Shown here: positions 26,117 to 32,000 of the stretch, one piece after another
Layout: every line of letters starts with the position of its first letter
Position numbering within the stretch: the stretch's first letter is position 1
Position numbers and translations under genes: made by a program
The notes under the pieces: model-generated
The model's input: the letters and a program-made list of their open reading frames with translations, nothing else
What the model was told of the DNA's origin: nothing
Database searches by the model: none
Assembly: GCA_048882505.1 (NCBI GenBank)
Contig: JBHLRO010000014.1
Coordinates: 60,001-92,000, forward strand
DNA: 32,000 nucleotides
Direction of reading: 5' to 3'
Source of the DNA: Candidatus Thorarchaeota archaeon
GTDB taxonomy: Archaea; Asgardarchaeota; Heimdallarchaeia; Hodarchaeales; Hodarchaeaceae

Positions 26117-27163
26117 TTACATTCTCTTGAATCTATATCTATGACGCCAAGTATAAGCGAGTAGCAGTAAAGCACCAAGAAGGGGGAAAACGATAAGACT
26201 CGTTGATTCACTCACCACTAGTCTTGAGTTCTCGATCGAATAGTCGATTAGCCGTTCAATATGCGCAGACTGCTTGACACTAGCGACGATTTCTCTTTTT
26301 AACGCAGAAGTTGAAATACTCAAATTCCTAGTGATTTCGATGGGTAATCCAATTTCGTTGGCATAAACATAGACATTGCTTCCCGTGTTTGCTCCTTCCC
26401 CAACCAAGGATTCTTTTCGATATTCATACCAATAAACATCCCCGTTCACATCTTGAAAATGGACGTAAAAATCAATTTGTCGCAGGGTTTCTGTAATGGT
26501 AACTGCTGTGACATTGGAACCTTGCCAGAATGTCGAATACGGATCGCTGGGAACGATCAGAAATGTTATCGTGATATGAAATTCAATGGATTGATTTAGC
26601 GGTTCTTGAACCTGAAAGCCATATTTGTTGTTCCAGAATGTCAGGATTTCGTTTTGTGGTTCCCCAGTCACAATCGCGAGATTCTGACTCCCCCGCGTGC
26701 CTATATTACCGTTATTGACCCAAATGGCTCCTGAGATATTTTGTTCTAAACTTTTATTACCAAAAAGAACAGTAATGGTAGCTTCCCCATCCAAACCATG
26801 CCAATAGTTTCCTCTCGTTGAGAAATATTCTTGGAAATCATGTATTTGAATACCTATCGCGAAAGGTCCTGAAATCTGCGATCCTGGATCTTCTGTCGAA
26901 CCATTCTCAAAATAGTAGGAACTATCCTGCCAGGAAAAAAACGGGAGTTGGGGATTGGTGACATTACTTAGGATCAGATTGACCTCTTTATCAAATCTAT
27001 TAACAATAGTTCGATCGACCGTATAATTAACGAATCCGCTAGGAATCTCATATACCCAACTGTCACCTTCATGGATTCGTACTAATTTCGTGATGTCTTG
27101 GCTCGCTCCAGGAGTGATAACGATAAGAGATACCAATAGTAATAGAAAGGGTGCTTTTTTCAT
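26117..27163 (-). CDS. Secreted, C-terminally anchored surface protein
   Basis: Signal peptide MKKAPFLLLLVSLIVI; beta-rich body with N-x-S/T sites; C-terminal TM helix plus a basic tail. Confidence 0.85.
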   Translation of the reverse strand: MKKAPFLLLLVSLIVITPGASQDITKLVRIHEGDSWVYEIPSGFVNYTVDRTIVNRFDKEVNLILSNVTNPQLPFFSWQDSSYYFENGSTEDPGSQISGPFAIGIQIHDFQEYFSTRGNYWHGLDGEATITVLFGNKSLEQNISGAIWVNNGNIGTRGSQNLAIVTGEPQNEILTFWNNKYGFQVQEPLNQSIEFHITITFLIVPSDPYSTFWQGSNVTAVTITETLRQIDFYVHFQDVNGDVYWYEYRKESLVGEGANTGSNVYVYANEIGLPIEITRNLSISTSALKREIVASVKQSAHIERLIDYSIENSRLVVSESTSLIVFPLLGALLLLAYTWRHRYRFKRM

Positions 27164-27378
27164 TTTCTCACCTCATGTCTCTTTGATTAGATGTGCTTTA
27201 AGTTATATCTGGGAAACATCAGTAAATGTAACTGCCTCATATAGCAAATAATTCCACTTTATCCATAAAATCGTTGAGCTTTCCATTCATCACTTCATTG
27301 TATTAAAGATATGCAGTAAAAGCACTGCATACACAGCTCGTTCAACCTTCATATACCCATATTCACAAACTCGATCAG

Positions 27379-27402
27379 AAAAAAAGAGGTGGGGTGCCCC
27401 AC
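27379..27402 (-). terminator. Hairpin plus U7 tract, terminator-like
   Basis: GTGGGG-CA-CCCCAC followed by CTC and TTTTTTT on the minus strand. Confidence 0.4.
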
Positions 27403-27576
27403 GTTCCCGTGCCCTACCCGCACGATGCCCCCAAAGTGTCTGGGTAGGGGAAAACCGGGGGCGGAGTACTTTCCGCGCGGATCGTCCACCACTCGGGTGC
27501 GTGCCCAAACAGGTGAGTAGTGTATGATACTGGGAAAGTCACGGTGACCCCGTCATCCATCCCTACCTTCGGGCCC
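27386..27576. ncRNA. Candidate structured non-coding RNA or mobile-element remnant (family and strand unknown)
   Basis: 121/191 GC (63%) inside AT-rich intergenic DNA; several hairpins and complementary blocks. Confidence 0.35.
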
Positions 27577-27718
27577 TATATTAGCTCACAGGCCCAACTT
27601 TTTGGTTAATATTTGATAATGGTTTTGGAATTATTGGTGCAATGAGAGGTTAATTACCGTAATACATGCAAAGAATTAGATTTATTAGATTGAAAAGAAT
27701 AGAAAAGTATAGTGGCAA

Positions 27719-29488
27719 ATGAGGCTGGAGGCAACCGTATTGCGAGTTGCAATAGTAATAGGAGTTAATAAATACATAATCCAAGGTTATCGATCTTTAA
27801 TTTCCCCAATTTACGATGCAGAAATATTTCACACTTTAATAAGTGCCTCTTCCTCTTATGAGTCTAAGGATACATTGTTGATCAAAGTTTCAAGCAAAAA
27901 TTTCCAACGATTTGGTGTGAATTCTGTTAAAAATAGAATAAAAAAGTTTTTATCCAGGTATGAGGGAGTAAAGGTAGACGAATTGTTGTTTTATTATAGT
28001 GGACACGGTATCCGAATGGACACTGGTGCGAGGGGGGAGGATTTTCATTATGTGTTTACAGATGGAGAACTTAGTGATATTGCTTTGAATGAAATCCTCA
28101 ACCCAGTAAAGCGAACCCGAGCAGTGAAATTCATCGATGCCTGTCATTCGGGCTTACCTATGGAACGTGCTAATCAAATAGTTCTTTCTTCTTGTTCCGA
28201 TTCTCAACAGACAAGGGAAGGCATAACTATTCTTAGTGATTTCACTTTTGCTTTGATAAAGGTCATGTTTACTAAAAGAAATTTAGGAACTAGGCTATCC
28301 TATAACTCGTTATTCAATCAGGTTGGTGAGTTCTTGAGAACGCGTAGAGAGTATATCTCTGACCTACCTACAGCGAATTATAGTACGGCTGCAACAGGGA
28401 ACTTTATCACGGTTACGCAAACTGTAATTGATGCTGTGCACAATAAGATCTTCAATATTTACCAAATCCGACCAGACACGATAAGCAGAATAATAAATGC
28501 CTTATATGTACGCAATGATCTTCCCAAATTAACACATTTTTTGCTGGAATGCTATGAGCATTTTTCGAACTTCTTTTTGAAAATTCTGGAGTTACCTCTG
28601 GGTGCACAACCAATCAGTCAGGATAATGGAAGACGATTTAGGGGATTATCGAAATCTTTAATCAAGAAAATTCGTCTTTTGGTTACCCGTATAGTAGAGA
28701 TCTATAGGAGTGATGCTATCTCCTTACAGGAGAATTCCTTTCCAAATCCAAATTTACTATACGAAAATATGTTGTTTTGTGCATATTTTTATTATTTCAT
28801 CCATGATTGGGAGGGGGCAAGGAAAATCTATTCCATATTGATCAACAACAAACCAGAATGGGATGATTCAATCATAATCCCCGAATCCCGTTTGCATCTC
28901 CAGTATGGGAATACATTGCTAAAAATATCGATGATCAAAGGAAATTATGACATGATTGATGAAATCGTCAGTCATCTAGATCGTAGCCGTGATTTGACTA
29001 GGAAAAAACGTGAGAAAGTCGCTGCATGGTATAACACTGCTCTCGCTCTCCGGTTTAATGGAGAGCTTGAGGATGCCATTGAGGCAATTGACGAAGCAGA
29101 GAAATTATATCGGCAACTAATGAACAAAGGCGAGGAAGTAGAGACATTTGAAAACACTCTAAACGAATCAATTTTGTGTAGACTCTCATTGTTTTGGAGA
29201 AACACCAGAGAAGGATCCGCCGTGGTAGAAAAGGATCTGGAAGAGATAAAAACCAAAATAAATGATTTTGGATCCTATCCCGACGAAATTGGATGGGCTA
29301 ACTACTACCTTGCAATATTTCGCTTCATATACTCTAAAGCTAAAGGTATTAGCCAAAACTATAGAGAAGAGATTTTGGATTTCTTATCCAAGGCCACGCG
29401 ATCTGGAATGGACGTAGAAGAAGAACTTAGAAAAGAGCAAACCTTTCCTGAAATAGCTAAGGATTTAGAAGTAATTCTAAAAGAATAA
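27719..29488 (+). CDS. Caspase-like (peptidase C14) protease with a C-terminal TPR-like region
   Basis: AIVIGVNKY, YYSGHG (His), IDACHSG (Cys), LSSC..Q...DFTFAL; TPR-like AAWYNTALALRFNGELEDAIEAIDEA. Confidence 0.9.
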   Translation: MRLEATVLRVAIVIGVNKYIIQGYRSLISPIYDAEIFHTLISASSSYESKDTLLIKVSSKNFQRFGVNSVKNRIKKFLSRYEGVKVDELLFYYSGHGIRMDTGARGEDFHYVFTDGELSDIALNEILNPVKRTRAVKFIDACHSGLPMERANQIVLSSCSDSQQTREGITILSDFTFALIKVMFTKRNLGTRLSYNSLFNQVGEFLRTRREYISDLPTANYSTAATGNFITVTQTVIDAVHNKIFNIYQIRPDTISRIINALYVRNDLPKLTHFLLECYEHFSNFFLKILELPLGAQPISQDNGRRFRGLSKSLIKKIRLLVTRIVEIYRSDAISLQENSFPNPNLLYENMLFCAYFYYFIHDWEGARKIYSILINNKPEWDDSIIIPESRLHLQYGNTLLKISMIKGNYDMIDEIVSHLDRSRDLTRKKREKVAAWYNTALALRFNGELEDAIEAIDEAEKLYRQLMNKGEEVETFENTLNESILCRLSLFWRNTREGSAVVEKDLEEIKTKINDFGSYPDEIGWANYYLAIFRFIYSKAKGISQNYREEILDFLSKATRSGMDVEEELRKEQTFPEIAKDLEVILKE

Positions 29489-29519
29489 TGTATTCAATGA
29501 TGGGATGGAACAACTGCTA

Positions 29520-32000
29520 ATGAAATCCACCAAAAAGATAATCCTTGTCACCATGATTTTATCTTTTGCCTTCTTCGGTTCATACAAGGGATTTCATGGA
29601 CATACGAAAGGGGAGATTCTCTCTTACCAGTTCACGGAATCGTTTGACACCCAAACCTATCTCGACACTAGTGCTACAACCGCTCTTGGGTGGGGCGGTG
29701 GGAACCTTTCTGTCCCTTTGAAGAACTGGAATAGCATGATTTACAAATCTGCCAAACGGGATGGAAACATTTTCATAAATGGATCAGGAATCGGGGTGAT
29801 GAATTCCGACGCTGGTTCAATTGGCATCTATAATTTTAGTAATCCCTTGAATCCTATCGAACTTGCTCAAAAATACACCCCTTGGACCGATGAAGCGCTA
29901 TTTCTGTACAAAGACCATGTATATATTGCGAGTGGGGGAAATGGTGTAGGCATCATCGATATCCGCGATTTATCCAATCTTTCGGATCCCTTGTACGTTC
30001 CCACGAGTCTAAACGCCAATGATCTGGTCGTGGAGAGGGATTTCGTTTTTGTTGTGGATAAAACGAATCTTGCAATCTTCAATATTACCGACCCGGTCAA
30101 TCCTGGCCCAGTTATTTACCAAACAGCAGACACAGCAGATCATATTGCTGTCTACAATGGTTTTGCGTATATGACGTGCAGGGATAGGATTGGAATCGTC
30201 GATGTTTCAGATCCAACCAACCCCTCTGGTATTTTTTATCGGGATGGCTTTGGGGGGTATACGCTCGAAGGAATTCACATCACAAATGATCTTGCTTTCG
30301 TGGCCGTAGATCATGGAGGATTAGCGATCTTCAATGTGAGCGATTCGTGGAATCCAAGTGTTCCAGTTCTCATAGATACAGGATTCCTCAATATTATAGA
30401 CGTACGGCCTTCCGATATACTTGTTTATGGTGATGTCGCAATCTTGGTGATCTCTGACACGAATAACGACTATTGTGGGTTGGTAGCGATCGATGTTTCC
30501 GAGTTGAACGACCTCAAAACCATGATCTCAATCGAGTTGAATCTTTACCAGGCATTGAACTTAGCCATTTTCAATGATTATTTGTACGTTACTGGGAGGG
30601 ATATTGTGAATTATCAATCAGAACCATATGTGATTATAACGTATTTCAAAGATGTTCTCAAATGGGATTCACCCGTTATTGCTCAAACTTCATCTATTCA
30701 TTATGGTGGGAAGGTTCGAAATGTTACTGTACAGTCGAACGAATTGGTCGGATTAAATTCGAGTATTACTCACCATGTTTCATTCGACAAACGAACTTGG
30801 TACAATGTATCACTGAATGAAACTCATTCGTTCACAACCAATACTGATTTTAACTTCTATTGGCGAGTAGTTCTATTCACTGAGGTAAATGAGACGACTC
30901 CTCCAATTATTTATGAAATTTCGATTCAATACGATGTCTATTACTCCGCAACTACTACTAGTGCTCCGACCACAGCGATAATTCCACCTGGTGAAACTAG
31001 GATCTTCGATTTTTCAATCCTGAATATTTATGATTTCTCCTTTTCAACCTCTCTTTCAGCGGGTTCCACTCAAATCAATCTGAACAACCTCCAATCAGGC
31101 CGAAATTTGCAGATTATCGTTTCTCCACGTCCAAACTTAAGATCAACAGTCTTTCTTCTCTCTAATAGCGGACTCCAATCCGAAATTACCTGGCAACTCA
31201 TAAATCCTCAAGGATTTCCCAAATTGGCCGTAACTCAATCAGCTGGTGAGACTACGACTAGATCGATAACCATAGATGCATCAGGATCATGGAGCCTTCT
31301 GTTTCAGTGGGACGACTCAATTGAGGCCACGCTTTTTGATTGTCAGGTCACATTTACACCCGTGTCAGGAAATCCCCAGTCGATCAATCCAGATCCCCTG
31401 TTTCTACCTGTATTGATTTTTACGATACTGCTTTCAATAGTAGGAATTATTCTTTACAGATCGGTTCCCGCTTGGCGTCGAGAACAGCAAAAACGTGCTA
31501 TAAAACCACCCCTTCAAAAACCGAGTTTCCGACTGGATATTAAAAAATCTGGAAAGGAAATCCCCAAAACTCAAACCCCTCAGCACAAGGTTCAACTTAT
31601 TAGACAAAAGGCGAAACAAGACCCCGTTCCCCTCCAACCTAGGGTGAAAACTGAAATACCCAGTGAAGTACCAATTTTAATTTGGGCTATTGCTGGTATG
31701 CAGATTCTAATGGGCATTTTTTCCCTATCTTTTAACCTTTTACTTGGAATCTTAATATTGGCAAGTGGGATTCTGACGATTCCTGCTTACTCTCAAAACA
31801 TGGAAGCAAGGAGAAAACGTGAGCGAGAAAGTGTTGGTCTTAAGGCGGTAAATAGGATTACACTGGACGGTACGATCCCCGAACCTATAGGACGAATTTC
31901 CTTCTTCTGCCAGCTCGACAACCTACAACATCCAAAGACCACAGCGGGTTATCAGTGTCAGAATTGTTCACGAATGGTTTGTGCGGACTGTTATGAAAAG
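29520..32000 (+). CDS. Receptor-like membrane protein: signal peptide, LVIVD repeats, TM helices, cytoplasmic Cys/His finger (3' truncated)
   Basis: ATG at 29520 and the same frame at the window end; the track lists no stop-terminated ORF here. LVIVD-type repeats (GVGIIDIRD, LAIFNITDPVNP, IGIVDVSDPTNP, GLAIFNVSD), TM segments near 31400 and 31670-31790, terminal FCQLD..H..YQCQNCSRMVCADC. Confidence 0.85.
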   Translation, partial: MKSTKKIILVTMILSFAFFGSYKGFHGHTKGEILSYQFTESFDTQTYLDTSATTALGWGGGNLSVPLKNWNSMIYKSAKRDGNIFINGSGIGVMNSDAGSIGIYNFSNPLNPIELAQKYTPWTDEALFLYKDHVYIASGGNGVGIIDIRDLSNLSDPLYVPTSLNANDLVVERDFVFVVDKTNLAIFNITDPVNPGPVIYQTADTADHIAVYNGFAYMTCRDRIGIVDVSDPTNPSGIFYRDGFGGYTLEGIHITNDLAFVAVDHGGLAIFNVSDSWNPSVPVLIDTGFLNIIDVRPSDILVYGDVAILVISDTNNDYCGLVAIDVSELNDLKTMISIELNLYQALNLAIFNDYLYVTGRDIVNYQSEPYVIITYFKDVLKWDSPVIAQTSSIHYGGKVRNVTVQSNELVGLNSSITHHVSFDKRTWYNVSLNETHSFTTNTDFNFYWRVVLFTEVNETTPPIIYEISIQYDVYYSATTTSAPTTAIIPPGETRIFDFSILNIYDFSFSTSLSAGSTQINLNNLQSGRNLQIIVSPRPNLRSTVFLLSNSGLQSEITWQLINPQGFPKLAVTQSAGETTTRSITIDASGSWSLLFQWDDSIEATLFDCQVTFTPVSGNPQSINPDPLFLPVLIFTILLSIVGIILYRSVPAWRREQQKRAIKPPLQKPSFRLDIKKSGKEIPKTQTPQHKVQLIRQKAKQDPVPLQPRVKTEIPSEVPILIWAIAGMQILMGIFSLSFNLLLGILILASGILTIPAYSQNMEARRKRERESVGLKAVNRITLDGTIPEPIGRISFFCQLDNLQHPKTTAGYQCQNCSRMVCADCYEK

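Noticed and set aside
27386-27576. 5S rRNA, RNase P, SRP RNA, cobalamin riboswitch or group II intron DV
   Set aside because: Only fragments such as GGGAAAGTC resemble them; the diagnostic motifs and spacing are absent.
3478-31637. Many 60-170 aa track ORFs antisense to or overlapping real genes (e.g. 3478..3933, 4620..5141, 11231..11584, 14656..15009, 19512..19844, 25378..25689)
   Set aside because: They are shadow ORFs of better-supported genes, with no motifs or start signals.
1-32000. CRISPR array, tRNA, rRNA, transposase or integrase
   Set aside because: No regularly spaced repeats, cloverleaf, rRNA motifs, or DDE/tyrosine/serine recombinase signatures were recognised by eye.

Overview
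Gene-dense accessory region with no recognisable housekeeping genes. It is most likely from an Asgard archaeon (Heimdallarchaeia-like). This is an inference from a stand-alone longin-like domain, an Asgard-style RING-H2 protein, TATA boxes about 26 nt before leaderless starts, and a cytoplasmic Cys/His finger on a membrane protein. The window is dominated by putative DNA-binding proteins: four ~490-aa paralogs with two Lrp/AsnC-like HTH modules, two Myb/SANT-like repeat proteins, several winged-helix proteins, an AbrB protein and an orphan receiver domain. It also carries two rhodaneses, a VKOR, a low-GC PIN plus coiled-coil pair, two PD-(D/E)XK nuclease-like genes, a caspase-TPR protein and a receptor-like LVIVD membrane protein. 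The most striking signal is not annotated in the ORF track: two 'collapsed' copies of the 490-aa family, in which the N-terminal start is joined directly to the last ~30 codons and both HTH modules are missing. One (8434..8592) is an intact, in-frame 52-aa ORF with a duplicated promoter and is translationally coupled to the Myb-repeat gene. The other (12485..12639) is degenerate but resumes at the same codon (AAC ATG, N-M-K-F-Y/H-W). Two short signal-peptide ORFs share a C-terminal GN-x-x-G-(G)-P-x-PP motif. A 63% GC structured island lies in AT-rich intergenic DNA. All functional calls are by eye from motifs; no database search was run.
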